From assembly GCA_964016885.1 (NCBI GenBank), contig OZ024742.1, positions 43,586,001-43,650,000 of the forward strand: a DNA stretch of 64,000 nt. Direction: 5' to 3'. The notes beneath the pieces were generated by a model. It saw only the letters and a list, made by a program, of their open reading frames with translations. It was not told where the DNA came from and did not search any database. The DNA comes from Eledone cirrhosa (taxonomy: Eukaryota). The position numbers and the translations under genes are program-made. This document shows positions 34,028 through 47,324 of the stretch, piece after piece (within the stretch, counting starts at the first letter, position 1; every line of letters begins with the position of its first letter).

Positions 34028-34345
34028 TCTTCTTCTTTGCCCACTTATCCCTGAGAGGGTCGTGGGGACAGAGCCCTCAAACACACCTTCCAGTGGGTCC
34101 CGTCAGAAGTAACTGTTTCCAACTGATCTGGCTGAATCCCCAAGCGAGACCAACCAAGCTCCTGGATGTTAGCCAACCATCTTGCTCAGGGTTTACTCCT
34201 GGGTCTCTTGCTGGTTGGTTTTGCCCATAAAAATCTATCCAGTGATTCTTTCTTGAGACATTCTGACCACATGCCTGTAGTACCGGAGTTGTGATCTCTC
34301 AATTTGGAGAAGCAGCGGCTCTACCTGGAGCGACTCTCTGTCTAT
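34028..34345 (-). mobile_element. Expander/Rex3-like RTE 3' end
   Basis: RESLQVEPLLLQIERSQLRYYRHVVRM...RWLANIQELGWSRLGIQP; (GAA) tail; sits inside a TTAA-type MITE. Confidence 0.75.
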
Positions 34346-34480
34346 CAATTAATTAAGAATCTTGAGAGATGTACTAAATTATTATTCCATTATTGGTTCT
34401 GTAATACAAAAATTCTTGTTTAAATGTGTTCATTAAAACCTTCCGTCATAATTTTATGTAAGAACTTTTTGTTAAATAAT

Positions 34481-34833
34481 TGTTTCTACATTTGGCACAA
34501 GGCCAGCAATTACCCAGTGTATTACTGGTACTTTATTTTATTGACCCCATAAGGATGAAAGGCAAAGTTAACCTCGGCGGGATTTGAACTCAGAATGGTG
34601 TCCGACCCTCTACCGATACTGCCAATCTACCGCCCTTTTTGTTAAATAATTGTTTCTACTTTTGGCACAAGGCCAGCAATTAACCAGTACATTACTGGTA
34701 CTTTATTTTATCGACCCCGTAAGGATGAAAGGCAAAGTTGACCTCGGCGGGATTTGAACTCAGAATGGAAAGGGCCGTAACTCTATGCATCAAAGCATGA
34801 CGTCCGACCCTTTACCGATACTGCCAATCCACC
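34481..34833 (-). mobile_element. Two tandem Nin/Deu-like SINEs
   Basis: Copies at 34481-34634 and 34651-34833; TTTTGTTAAATAAT present three times as flank. Confidence 0.88.
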
Positions 34834-35242
34834 CCTTTTTGTTAAATAATGTTCCTAAATTGCTTACAAGTGAAAAAGTTAGTTATTTTACTAAATTCCT
34901 TCAAAGCTTTGAATACTATAAAAATAAATTGAAACACATTGACTGTATATTTCATGAGAAATATGATAACAAAAGGATCAAGCAAGAAGTTTCTGGGTGG
35001 TTTGAGTAGTTTGAGAAAAGATTACTGGCTTAGTCAAAGGCACAATATAATGCTAATTGTTGTTGCTGTTGTTACAGCTCACATCTGTGCAGGTGTTGCC
35101 AACCTTTTTCCAGTGACCAGAAGCAAGATTTGAACTTAGAACACAGAACCTTAAATAGAGAGCCCCCACCCTTCAGTACTCTATCAATTCAACCATCCAC
35201 TATTTCACACAGCAGATTACAGAACAGATTTCAACACTTTAA

Positions 35243-35481
35243 CCCTTTTGTTAAAAACCCACCCACAACCTCCTTGATTCTATGCTACAAATCTGTTTGT
35301 TTAAAAGTGTTTATATTTATCTAGAAATATTCCATCATAATTTTGTCAGAAAACCTTTGTTGAGTTACACTCCAAACACTAGATAAATAATGATGAAGTT
35401 ACTTATATTACTAAACACTTTATTATTTTCAACATGATTTGAAAATCATAGACAGTTATAAGAAATATGGCAACAAAAGAG
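35243..35481. mobile_element. piggyBac-type MITE, family 2
   Basis: TTAA-CCCTTTTG...CAAAAGAG-TTAA; relatives at about 18177, 26443, 33984 and 42308. Confidence 0.6.
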
Positions 35482-35566
35482 TTAAACTGCTAAGCTACAG
35501 GACATAAAATAAACAGTAAATGTAAACACAAGACATGGGCATACACACAAACACACACACACATAC

Positions 35567-35601
<35 letters not shown>

Positions 35602-35859
35602 GTATATACAACAGGCTTCCATACAGTTTCGGTCTACCAAATTCTATTCACAAGGTATTGGTCAACCTTAGGCTGTATAATAGAAGACATTTGCCCAAGG
35701 TGCCATACCTAAATTCTGAACAATGTGGCTGTGAAGCAAACTCCTTAACCACATAGCCATGCTAGCATCTAGAAAGAAAAAGGGGGGAAATGTGCATGCA
35801 AGAGAGTAGCAGCAGTGAAACAGTTCTGAAACATTTCCTATTAGATATTTGGTATAACC

Positions 35860-37187
35860 CAGGGCTTCTCAACATTTTAAAAATAAATTGTTGCATACCA
35901 CACTCTGCAGAATATAGGAAGATATGTGTTGGCCCTCTGTCATTTCCAACGATGAGTGCTCCAGTTGATTCAATTAATGGAATTGCTTACTTGTGAAATT
36001 ATGTTAAGTGGCTGAGCATTCCAGAGATACATGAAGCCTTCACATATTTCTCATGGAAATTCAGTGTGAGACAGTGTGACAAGGCAACTTATTTTTGCTA
36101 GCTGAGCGAACAGGGGCAACATGAAATAAAGTGTTTTGTTCAAGGACACAACACACCATCCGGTCAAGGAATCAAACTCACATCCTTATGATCATGAGCC
36201 AAACACTAAGCCTTCATAGGAACATATGTAAGCAAAATTAGATCCTGGCCCATCTGAGAGATCAATAGCTCCAATTAAGTACTGACTTGGTCTTCTGTGA
36301 TGACCCATCCAGCTCTTACTAACAGGGAAATGAACATTAAATGATAATGATGATGAATCCCTTGTAATTTCTATTCACAGCAAATTAAATGTATATGAAA
36401 TTACAAAATAATTAATCTACCAGTATTTAATACAAATATATTAGAATTCAGTGTTTTGATAATTTAATTTGTTTAATATATAATTGTATTTAAATGTTTT
36501 CTTTTATGGTTATACACATATAATTGTTTCTACTTTTGGCACAAGGCCAGCAATTATCCCAGTGCATTACTGGTACTTTATTTTATCGATACCGTAAGGA
36601 TGAAAGGCAAAGTTAACCTCGGCGGGATTTGAACTCAGATCATAAAGGGAGGTAACTCCATGCTTCAAAGCATGGCGCCCGACCCTCTACCGATACTGCC
36701 AATCCACACATATAATGAATCTGAAAAGATCTGGGCTTTTTCTGTCACAACTGGATTGTTCATACTTATAAAATGACCCATTCATTTTAAACATGTTGTT
36801 CATGAATGACATATCATTACTGGCCATCACACACAATCAGATATTTGGCAAGGTGTACATTATCTAGAAGCTAGTCTACATGATCCTGCAATTTTCTTCT
36901 TCCATTAGGAGTAAGATATATACTGTTATCTCTACCAAAACACAGCCACTGTACCTGCTATTAACTCAAATGTGAGCACTCTGAACTGCTGGTTGTAATT
37001 TCATTACTGCAACTTGGCAGATTTATTGAGTGAACTAGACATTGGCTGGGGACCGTTGACATAATATCAACGATCGTCGTTAATAATATAGGATTAATAA
37101 ATGCAAACTAGTAAGTTCACCCCTAATAGACCCTCTAAGCTTTTATTCACCTTTAGGGGTCTATAGAAACCACTTTGAGAAGCCCTG
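35860..37187. mobile_element. Possible hAT-like element with nested SINEs
   Basis: Perfect 13-bp inverted termini CAGGGCTTCTCAA / TTGAGAAGCCCTG; flanks GTATAACC / GTACAAAT match only partly. Confidence 0.45.
36524..36706 (-). mobile_element. Nin/Deu-like SINE with target-site duplication
   Basis: Same family as 3720-3903; ACACATATAAT on both sides. Confidence 0.85.
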
Positions 37188-37679
37188 GTACAAATGAATT
37201 AACTACATTGCTAAGCGTTCACACACTGTATCTGTAAATTACACTACTACTGATAAACCCACTGTCTGTTATTTTATTTTTCAAATTAGACATAGCAAAA
37301 TTTCTCCCTGAATCCTCTTCACACCCTGCTTCCTGACACATTACTATATGTACATAGTTGCCAATGCAAAGACCTTCTCCAGTCATCCCGGCTTATCAAG
37401 GGGACCATTCCTGGTGATGTTCCCACCCCACTCTATTACCTCCAATTAATGTACTAAAAAGTTAGCTCATTATTATTATTAATATTTTCTTTCTATATCA
37501 AATCTTAGTTATCTCCTATCATCGCCATGCTCTTCAACTTTTTCCTCTATCTATCTCTCTGTCTGCATATCTATTGGCATGTCTACCTGTTTATCTATTT
37601 ATTTATTTTTATCTATCTATTGATTTATCTAGATTATCTTGGGATTTAGCCCAAGCGTATAGAAACATTTCACAGTATA

Positions 37680-37830
37680 TCGCCATCCCCGTCTTACTCT
37701 TCCAATTACCGACTTATCCTAACTTCCGATATCTTAAAGGTGGTTGAAGCATTCATAAACAACCATTGCTCTTTATAACAATGAGTCTGTTTCTCTTCTC
37801 AGCAACAATCAATACAGTATCAATAGAGCC
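37680..37830 (+). mobile_element. Old CR1/Jockey-like RT fragment
   Basis: SNYR..LTSDILKVVEAFINN...LLSNNQYS. Confidence 0.5.
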
Positions 37831-38937
37831 AGATCTGCTAGACATCAACTTTTCTATGTCACACATTGAAACATTCATAAACAACCATTGCTCTTTATAA
37901 CATCCAGCTTCTTTCTTTTTTCATCAGCAATCGATACAGTTTCTAATTGACAATCAATACAGTTTCTATAGTTAGTTCAGAAGACCAGAGACCATTGTAG
38001 TAGTGGTAGAAGAGACAAAGTGAGGTGACAGTACGACTGTGAACTAGAGGTTGTAGCGCATTGGTAAGTTAGGAGTCTTTGTGGCACTTAATGAGATGAC
38101 CTTTTTTTTAATGTGGTTCTAGGATGTTTCTATGTCAGTAATACACAATAGATGGCAGACTTTTAATCTGTTGCCTGATTTAATACCACCATCTGGCTTT
38201 CGGTTCCTTTAGTGGAGACCACACTTTTGTAAGTAATTGGGCCAGGTCTGCAGTTTGAAGATACCTTCCTCCTTCCCTCACACACCATTCAAAGAGGCCC
38301 TGAAAAGGGCCATGAGCACTGCCATTCACTCCTTCACTAAATAGTAAAAAAAAAAAAAAAAGATGTGGGTCTTATTTTCTACAGGAATTGTGTTATTGCT
38401 TGCATATACCCCAGTACATTACTGTTGTTTGACTAGATACAAAGTCAGATTTTGTTGAAGAATGGTGCTGTCTAGCATAAACTTCTGTTTATTAATGGGA
38501 TTTATTTCACCAACCCTGAATGAATGGTAAGTGAAACCCACTCCAGTGTGGTTTCAATCGAACATGTAAACAAAATGAAACCAAATATGAAGGTGTATTA
38601 TACTCCATGGCTTCATTGTTTTTCCTAACTTCCTGTCATATGGGTAAGGCATAGCTATATAAGCAATCAATATCTTGTTAGTCTGTTGTGCTGAGTTCAA
38701 ATCATGCTGTGATCCTGACAGAATCATAATGAGCATCACCACTACCACCACCACCAATACTAGCATTATGTTCATCAACATCATCATCTTATGTCTGTTT
38801 TCTATGATAACATGGGTTGAACAGGTTACCATGATCTGAGACAAGACAGTTCAGATGATCAAGTCTTGCTCATATGTACCATATTTTGCATGGTTTTTAT
38901 GGCTGGATGCTTTTCTTAATGCTAAGCACTTTAGAGT

Positions 38938-39483
38938 GTCATCATCATCATCATCATCGTTTAACGTCCATATTCCACACTTGCATGGGTTTGGACGGGG
39001 GTTTTCCCACTTGAGGCAAGAGTGGTTGTCTTGCTCGTATAGGACTGTCTGGCGGGTTTTCTACGGCTGGATGCCCTTCCTAACACCAACCACATTTACA
39101 GTGTGGGGCTGGGAGGTTTTTACCGTGTTGCCTACACGGCCACATTACAGCGTGGACTGTGTGTTTTTTTGTCGTGACACCACTTACACGACCTCATTTG
39201 TTTCGGCCTGGATGTTGTGACACCAACATAACTTTACATTGAAGGGGTGGTGTGGATGGGGTGGGGGTAGTGGGGCGGGGGTGTATTTTGTTAGAGATGC
39301 CTACTGACTGTAGTAGGTTTCACTTTGTACTTAGGTAAGGTGGGTCTTCTCTATTACTGAGTACCGCCAAAGGTCTCGGTCCAGTGACATTGTCTTGGAG
39401 AGGTGTAAGTGTGTGAGGTCGGAATTTATCAGGTCGTCCCAGGTTTTTCTGGGTCTGCCTACTCCGTGGCTACCGTCTATTTT
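38938..39483 (-). mobile_element. RTE family A 3' fragment
   Basis: Matches 14874-15425 and 52381-52900. Confidence 0.9.
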
Positions 39484-40495
39484 TAGGTGCATTTTACTGT
39501 GGCATCAACATTTCCATATGTACTGGGTGCATTTTATCATGACACCATCATGAAGTTGTCATGTCAGAGAAAATATGTTTTGAACAAACACCCCTCTCTC
39601 TCCCCCACAATCTTAACATTTCCACCTTCAACATTTTCATGCCATTTTTAAAACCCAAAGCCAGTATTATTTAAACCCCAAACCAGAATTATTTAAAGCG
39701 AGTGTTAACCCATGGTCATTACTGTTATTACTTCTGTATTTTTTATGACAATCCCTATTGTTATAACTTATATCTATTATATTAAAGTTTGTATATTTTG
39801 TTGTTTATGAATTTGCATATTTTGTGTAAAATGCCAGTCACACTGCAAAGGAGATGGTAAGAGTGTGTGTGTGAGAGAGAGAGAGAGAAGGAAGGAGAGG
39901 GAGAAGGAAGAAGAGAGAGAGGGGAGGGTGGGAGCAGAGGTAGAGGTAACACTAAAAGAAGAATTTAAAATCTTATACTGTAACAAGTCTTTATGGAAAG
40001 GGGATTGTATGAGTGTATTTGAGAAAGAAAAAAAGGTGGTGGTAGTAGCAGCAATGTCAAAAATTATTTGTTTTAAACCCTGGAGAATTATAATATTAGT
40101 ATATATGATGATGATATATAACTTATAAATATAACATTAAAAATGTGGAATTTACATGGGGTCAATTTCTATTATTCTCATTATTGCATTATCTTCCATC
40201 ATAGCCACACCCCAGTTTATGTACACCACTCATTCCCACACACTTAACTTCCTTTTATTTTTTACCTGAACGTTCATATGTTAGTAAGGATTTTTAAAAT
40301 GGTATTTCTTAAAAATATGAAAGCAAAAAAAAAAAAGACTTTGTTGTGACTACATTCTTTTGAAGGGTGTTTTCCAAAAAAATCTTTTGTTTAAACCCAT
40401 TTTAAATTGTTTAAGGAATTTTGTGGGGAATCATTTCAGAGTTTTTGAAATAACTTTTGTTTTTAATTCATAACTATTGGATTTATCATTACTAC

Positions 40496-42098
40496 GCGGT
40501 GGATTGTCAGTATCGGTAGAGGGTCGGACAGTATGCTTTGACGCATAGAGTTATGCCCCTTGCCATTCTGAATTCAAATTGCACCAAGGTTAACTTTGCC
40601 TTTCATCTTTACGGGGTCGATAAAATAAAGTACCAGTAATGTACTGGTTAATTGTTGGCCTTGTGCCAAAAGTAGAAACAATTATTACTTTGGTGGATTG
40701 GCAGTATCAGTAGAGAGTCGGACGCCATGCTTTGTAGCATAGAGTTACGCCCCTTTATGATCTGAGTTCAAATCCCACTGAGGTTAACTTTGTCTTTCAT
40801 CCTTACAGGGTCGATAAAATAAAGTACCAGTAATACACTGGGATAATTGCTGGCCTTGTGCCAAAAGTAGAAACAATTATTACTTTTACAATTAACATTA
40901 TCATTATTACAATTACTGGGCTGTGGATTGGCAGTATTGGAAGAGCATCAAACAACATGCTTTGTGGCATAAAGTTATCAGTTCAAATCCCGACGAGATT
41001 AGCTTTGCCTTTCATCTTCACAGGGTCGATAAAATAAAATACCAGTAGCTCACTGGAATCGATTTAATCAACTTTCCTCTCCCCCAAAATTGTTGGCCTT
41101 GTACCTGATTCAGAAACCATTGTAGAGGGTCGGACGCCAACATAGAGTTACGGCCCTTGCCATTCTGAGTTCAAATCCTGCCGAGGTTAACTTTGCCTTT
41201 CATCCTTACGAGGTCGATAAAATAAAGTACCAGTAATGCACTGGGATAATTGCTGGCCTTGTGCCAAACGTAGAAACAATTATTACAATTACTGGGCTGT
41301 GGACTGGGAATATCGGAAGAGTGTTGAACAACTTTATGTTCTAAGTTAAAATCCCACTGAGATTAGCTTTGTCTTTCATCCTTACGAGGTTGATAAAATA
41401 AACCACCAGTAATATACTGAGGTCAATTTAATTGACTTTTCCCTTCCTATCAAATAGCTGACCTTGTGCCAGATGTAGAAACAATTATTACAATCGCTGT
41501 TATTATTATTATACCTTAAGTTTTTCTGTTGGTGACATCCCTTTTCCTTTACTCAGTGTAAACACAACTCTGGATTGTTGTCTTTATATTGTCCCCAATG
41601 TCTTAGGACATTGTGGCTAATAAAATAGATCATTATTATTAATTACAATGAGGGCAGTAGATTGGCAAAATTGTTAGAGTGTTGGACAGAATGCTTTGTG
41701 GCATTTAGTTATTTCTCTTTATTCTGAGTTCAAATCCTGTTGAGGTCAACTTTGCCTTTCATCTTTACGGGGTCAATAAAATAAAGTACCAGTGAAGTAT
41801 TAGGGTTAATTAACTTTATCCTCCCCCCCAAAAAATTGCTGTCATTGTGCCTATGTTAGAAGCATATAGCTGGCCTGTGTACAAATCATTAAGGGCAAGG
41901 GGTTGGCCATGTCATTACAACATTGAACAAAATGCTTTACGTCTTGAGTTCAAATCTTGTCAAGATCAACTTTGCCCTTCATCCTCCTGAGGTTGATAAA
42001 ATAAACATCAACAAAGTACTGGAGTTAATTTAATCGACTCCTCACACCACCCCTACCCCCCAAATAATTACTGGCCTTGTGCCTATATTAGAAGCAAT
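40496..42098 (+). mobile_element. Head-to-tail cluster of about seven Nin/Deu-like SINEs
   Basis: B box and GCCTTTCATC...GTCGATAAAATAAA recur in copies starting near 40496, 40692, 40918, 41123, 41295, 41652 and 41896. Confidence 0.88.
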
Positions 42099-42767
42099 TA
42101 TTACTATTATGGTTGTCCTTGTTGTTTCTATTTGCAATCATTATTAAAGACATTCATTCTTAGTCTTTGCCCTTGATTCCACCTATCATTACTCCAAGCT
42201 GTCATGACTCATTTTATTGATTCTTCATGTCCTGTTAGACAATAGATTACAAAAGGCCAATCCCTGTATGCTTACGACCTATAAAATATTTTCACTAGCC
42301 AGATTAACCCTTTTGATCCTGAACTGCTCAACACTGCCCCTGGTTCAATTTTTAAAATGCCTATATTTCAATTAAACTAATAAATGTCCCTAAAACCAAC
42401 ATAAATCCTTTTGATATCAAACAGCCTGAAATCATTCTTGATTCTATGAAACAAAGTTTTCTGTAAGAACATTGGTTAAATTATCTTCCAAACACCAGTT
42501 TAATAATGAGAAAGTTAGTTATATTACTAAATCCCTCCACATTCTTGATAATTTTCAAACTTATTTCAAAATCATAAGCAGTATCTTTCATTACAAATAT
42601 GATAAGGAAAGAAAGAAAAAGTTTATAGTGAAAAAGAAAGTTATTTTACTAATTCTTCCAAATTCTTGATTATTTTCAAAATTAATTGAAATGCATTGTG
42701 TACTTTATTAGAAATATGGTCTTAAAAGCATTAAAAGGAATTCTACATTTATACATATTTGAAATAA

Positions 42768-43203
42768 TGGTTTCTGATTTAGGCATGATGCCAACAATTT
42801 TAGAGGGGGGGGGGTTCAATTAAATCAACCCCAGTGCATTACTGTTGTTTTATTTTACCAATCCCATAAGGATGAAAGGCAAAGTTAACCTTGGTGGGAT
42901 TTGAACTCAGAACACAAAGGGCCATAACTCTATGCTGCAAAGCTCTACCGATTCTGCCAATCCACCACCCTCACACATTCAAAATAATGGTTTCTTATAT
43001 AGGCACAAGGCCAACAATTTGGGAGTAGGGGAAAGTCGATTAAATCGACCCCAGTGCGACACTGGTACTTTATTTTGCCGACCCCGTAAGGATGAAAGGC
43101 AAAGTTAACCTCGACTGGATTTGAACTCAGATCATAAAGGGCCGTAACTCTATGCTGCAAAGCATGGTGTCCGAACCTCTACCGATTCTGCCAATCCACC
43201 ACC
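42768..43203 (-). mobile_element. Two tandem Nin/Deu-like SINEs
   Basis: Copies at 42768-42968 and 42988-43203; CTCACACATTCAAAATAATGGT repeated after each head. Confidence 0.85.
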
Positions 43204-43290
43204 CTCACACATTCAAAATAATGGTAAATGGAACCATTTACCATTATCATTCCCACCAATCATTCATTCTTTTTTTTTATTTACTGAACA

Positions 43291-43450
43291 AGCATGGCTG
43301 TGTGGTTAAGGAGTTTGATTAGCAACCATGTGGTTTTGGGTTCACTCACACAGTGTGGTACCATGAGCATGTATCTTCTATTATAACCTTGAGCTGATTA
43401 ATGCCGTGTGAATGAAATTTGTTGACAGAAATTACAGAAACCCATTGTAT
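43291..43450 (+). mobile_element. tRNA-derived SINE, third family
   Basis: GCATGGCTGTGTGGTTAAG head, GGGTTCA box; reverse copy at about 35610-35762. Confidence 0.6.
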
Positions 43451-43665
43451 GTGTGTATGTGTATGTGTGTGCATGCGTTTATGTCCTGTAATTGTATTCA
43501 AGTACAACTCATTTTTTTCTAGCTGAGTGGATTGGAGTAACTACCACTATGCTATCGCAACAAATCTTTTCTGTTTAACACACAAGGTCCTATTTTTACA
43601 TGCTGATTATAAAAATTATAATATTTTTTTTAGAAATTAATAATAAAAAAGTTACAGTCCCTTAA

Positions 43666-43809
43666 CCCTTTAACTGGCCGTATCCGGTCAGAATTCTCTC
43701 ATCTCTTTCTTTTTAAACTGATTGTAACCAGCCACTCATACTGATTTTAAGGTATTGTTCTCAAAATAAATAATATCAAGATCTCAAGATCTCATAGAAC
43801 GCTAAAAGG
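43666..43809. mobile_element. piggyBac-type MITE, family 1, internally deleted
   Basis: TTAA flanks; 5' half matches 461-590. Confidence 0.7.
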
Positions 43810-44094
43810 TTAAAGATTGAACTTCTAAAGGATTTTCAGCCAATCAGATTCATCTATACTTTACACCTTAGATCAGACAGCTGCGCTAACTGTGATAAAC
43901 AATGATAACAACAACCATTTAGATGTCACCAAAAAATCATTAGTCATCAGTACAAACTACAGGATCTCTATGACAACAAGAAATTAACCAAAAATATACC
44001 GTGTTCAAACAGAAAACACCTACACCAACCTAATTATTGTACACACTACATAACACCTCAACCAGCTATTATTGTTGTATGTTCTTTGTTGTCA

Positions 44095-45210
44095 ATCACA
44101 TATGGCATTTCCAATATGTTAATATCTAGTTGGTTGAGTCGCTGGATGACTTCATCTGAGCTGTAGACGTGGCCCGGGAAGGTTGTCAATAGGGGCTTGA
44201 AAATATTGGAGAGAAGCAAAGAGATTTTATAAGATAGTCTTTCAACACTGGAGACAATGGGTCTAATTTTCAGGTTGGGTCCTTCTTTGTGGGTTTTGAT
44301 CAGGTGGTAGAAGTTGGGCAGCTTGCTGTTTCTCGTTATGTAATTACACTGGAATCTCTTCAGGAGCCTTCGTCGGTCGCAGATGTTGGTCCAGGTGGTG
44401 TTGATCTGGTTCTTTATCAGCGCGGGTGTGATTTCAGTGACTTCCCAGTAGAGACTGTCGTCATTGAGCTAGGTTGTTGTAGGCCTTTCTTGTAATAACA
44501 CAAAACTCTTTTCCCTTGTCCGATGGGAGGTATACAAAGTTCTTAGATCTGAGGTTGCTTAGGGTTGCGAGTTGTGATTGGAGAGGTTGAAGTATGTGTG
44601 TGTTTTTGTAGGATGTTAGAAATAGTAAGTTTTAACCGTGAGAGTTTAGTCTTGAGACCACGGTTGGCGGGTGGAGGGTGTAGTAAGTTGTCGAGATGGT
44701 AAGTGGGGCATTTTGAGTTCATTGTGGAAGTCTTGGAAGTGTTGATGAAAGACAACTACTTGAGCTTGTAGGCAGCTCTACAGTTTGAGCCTGTCATTGA
44801 GTTGCTGCGTCAGGATGAACTTGGTTCCGAGACAGTGGAGTTACATTTCATCGTTGGAAAGAGACCTGGTAAAATCTGTGATGAGGTATAGGTTGTCATT
44901 GGTCTGTGGGTCAAGGGTGGTGATGTTCATAGAGTTAGTGGGGTTAGTGTTATCGTGTTTGTGGCATTGTTGAACCCCAACTCCATTAGTGTTAGATGTG
45001 GTCTGGTAGGGAGGAGTGTCGTTATCACAATTAGCGCTATTCCTAGCTTTAGTCTGTTTTTTAAGGATCCAGTTGAATTTATGTTTGAGACGTTCTTTCT
45101 CAAATTGGACCTGTGCATGGTAGCACTGATCGATAGCAGCTGTAGTAGTATGGAGCAGGCCATCGGGTGTTATTCTAAGTAAAAGCATCTGTTCTGAGAT
45201 TGTTCGTATA
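44095..45210 (-). mobile_element. Decayed Penelope-like element, N-terminal region to start of RT
   Basis: Minus strand KLPNFYHLIKTHKEGPNLKIRPIVSSVERLSYKISLLLSNIFKPLL...SSDEVIQRL at 44130-44330. Confidence 0.75.
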
Positions 45211-46496
45211 TGTATATATATGTAACATATATATGTATATGATGATGATATATTGTCCCGTGGTCTGAATATGGTGACTGGGAAAAAATTTGAATCAACT
45301 GAAACTATCATTGAGATTCCAAGACCCCAACTCTTTTTAGAGATATTCAGAGCATGAGAAACAAGTAAGGGAGAGAACTCCTATAGCCTGAACTGTTCTT
45401 CCAATACCATCCCCCTCCACTGACAATCATCATCATCATCTTCAATTTCTCCTCCATGAGATCTATCTGTCATTCACTATTTTTATCATCACACTTCTCT
45501 GTTGCTATATATCACCGACTCTCTCCTACCACAATACATCTCTATTACTCAATCTCATACCAACAACCATTATGTAGCTACTACTCATTCTCTTCCCACA
45601 CCATCCTATCACTCTGGTTACCCCTTCACATTCATATTCATACTCTTCTTTTCTCCTCCATAAGACTTTATTGTTATCCACTGCTTTCACCATAACACTT
45701 CTCTGTTGCTATCCAACACCAGCTCTCTCCTACCATGACCCACCACAGTTGCTCAACCTCTGTCCTACCAACAACGAACATGTACTTGTTTTTGTCCCTC
45801 TACCTCCTCTACCATTCTATTACTGTTTCCCTCTCACACTCATATGCACACTATTTCCTCATTTAACCTCATGGTCACCACCATCACCATTCAAATTACA
45901 CTGCTGGGCTCTTTTGCCTTGAAAGATCAGAGATGATGGAGAGTAAAGCAGAATCTTTTACCATGTAGAAAGCAAGACAACCTCTCTAGTGTTGGTTTTA
46001 TAATGAAACAGATTATGTTAAGTGGTTGGTGTTAGGAAGGGCGTGCAACCACAGAAATCATGCCAAAATTGGAATGTACAGGTGAAGACAATAACTCTGA
46101 ATAAGAAACTCAGACCATATTAGTGCATGCTAGCATAAAAACTCATATCATAACAACCCATGCTAGTAATAAAAACAGGCATAAAATGATGCTAAAGATT
46201 GCTAAATATAGACTTTTTAGTGTTGATGCCACTATTTAATGTGCCCAGTATACTCTGTAATGTGGTTAGAGTTAGCAAAGTTAACTAAAAATGCAATGTT
46301 TAAACAAAACCAAGCTAAGAGAGCAGTAACTGCAAAGAACTGAATTGGGGCATGATAACAGCTCCAATCCATGCTAGCATGGAAAAGGTTTGTAAAATAA
46401 CAATGACAAAGAGAATATATATATATTGCCATGTGTACTGAAACCCATGTTTTCCATTCAGTGGGTTTATACACCCCATTATTAGACTATATTATG

Positions 46497-46618
46497 GTCT
46501 GAGTTCAAATCCCACAGAGGTTAACTTTGCCTTTCATCCTTACGGGGTCAATAAAATAAAGTACCAGTAATACACTGGGATAATTGCTGGCCTTGCGCCA
46601 AAAGTAGAAACGATTATT
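46497..46618 (+). mobile_element. Nin/Deu-like SINE, 5'-truncated
   Basis: B box through GTAGAAACGATTATT; ATTATTAGACTAT duplicated on both sides. Confidence 0.85.
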
Positions 46619-46713
46619 AGACTATATTATAGTCAAAAATATTACGGCTAAGCTTAGATTTCTACATCAATTTTAAACTTTGTCCGCTGTGTTCCTGTCC
46701 CAAACATATTTTC

Positions 46714-46759
<46 letters not shown>

Positions 46760-46773
46760 CACACACACATATC

Positions 46774-47100
46774 TCTATATATATAAAACAGAGGATGTCT
46801 GTCTGTCTGTGTAAATCCCTAAAACTTGAGAAGTACCAATTTTTTTCAAACTTTACACATGTGTTACTTATATTTCTTGAGGTGCAATGGGCTAAAACAT
46901 TCAAAACTTTTTCTACCCTAGGGCCTGCATTAGTTGAAAACCCGCATTTTTTAGGCATTTTTGAGGCGTAACTTAAAGATAATCCAGCCGATTGCCCCAA
47001 AATTTGCAGCACACATTAGTTATTCCCCTCGCATTGCTGTGGATAAAAATTTTCCGATTCCATTAATGGTTTCTAGGAAATTTACGAGTCAGCATTGGGC
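46774..47100 (+). mobile_element. Helitron-like element, same family as 24146
   Basis: TCTATATATATAAAACAGAGGATGTCTGTCTG...ATCCCTAAAACT; 3' end not defined. Confidence 0.55.
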
Positions 47101-47324
47101 ATTACATGCCATTTTCATTTTCAATATAAACGCTACTTAAACATTGTAAGTAGCGTATAATATTTCGTTAAAAATTTGGTTGCAATATACTTGAACAGAA
47201 ACCGATACCAGGATGAAGATATGGCTGTGAGACTTGTTGCAGAAATAGCTTGCAGGCTAGCTAGTCAGATACCACTGACATTAAGATTGTCACATTAGGA
47301 CAGGAGGAGGGGGAAAAAAAAATA

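Noticed and set aside
38296-38311. Stem-loop belonging to the H4 copy or a second histone gene
   Set aside because: It lies 6 kb upstream of the minus-strand H4, has no adjacent histone ORF and sits within a repeat tail
45265-45310. Hammerhead next to the second PLE (CTGAATA...GAAAC)
   Set aside because: Core mismatch and no convincing stems I or III
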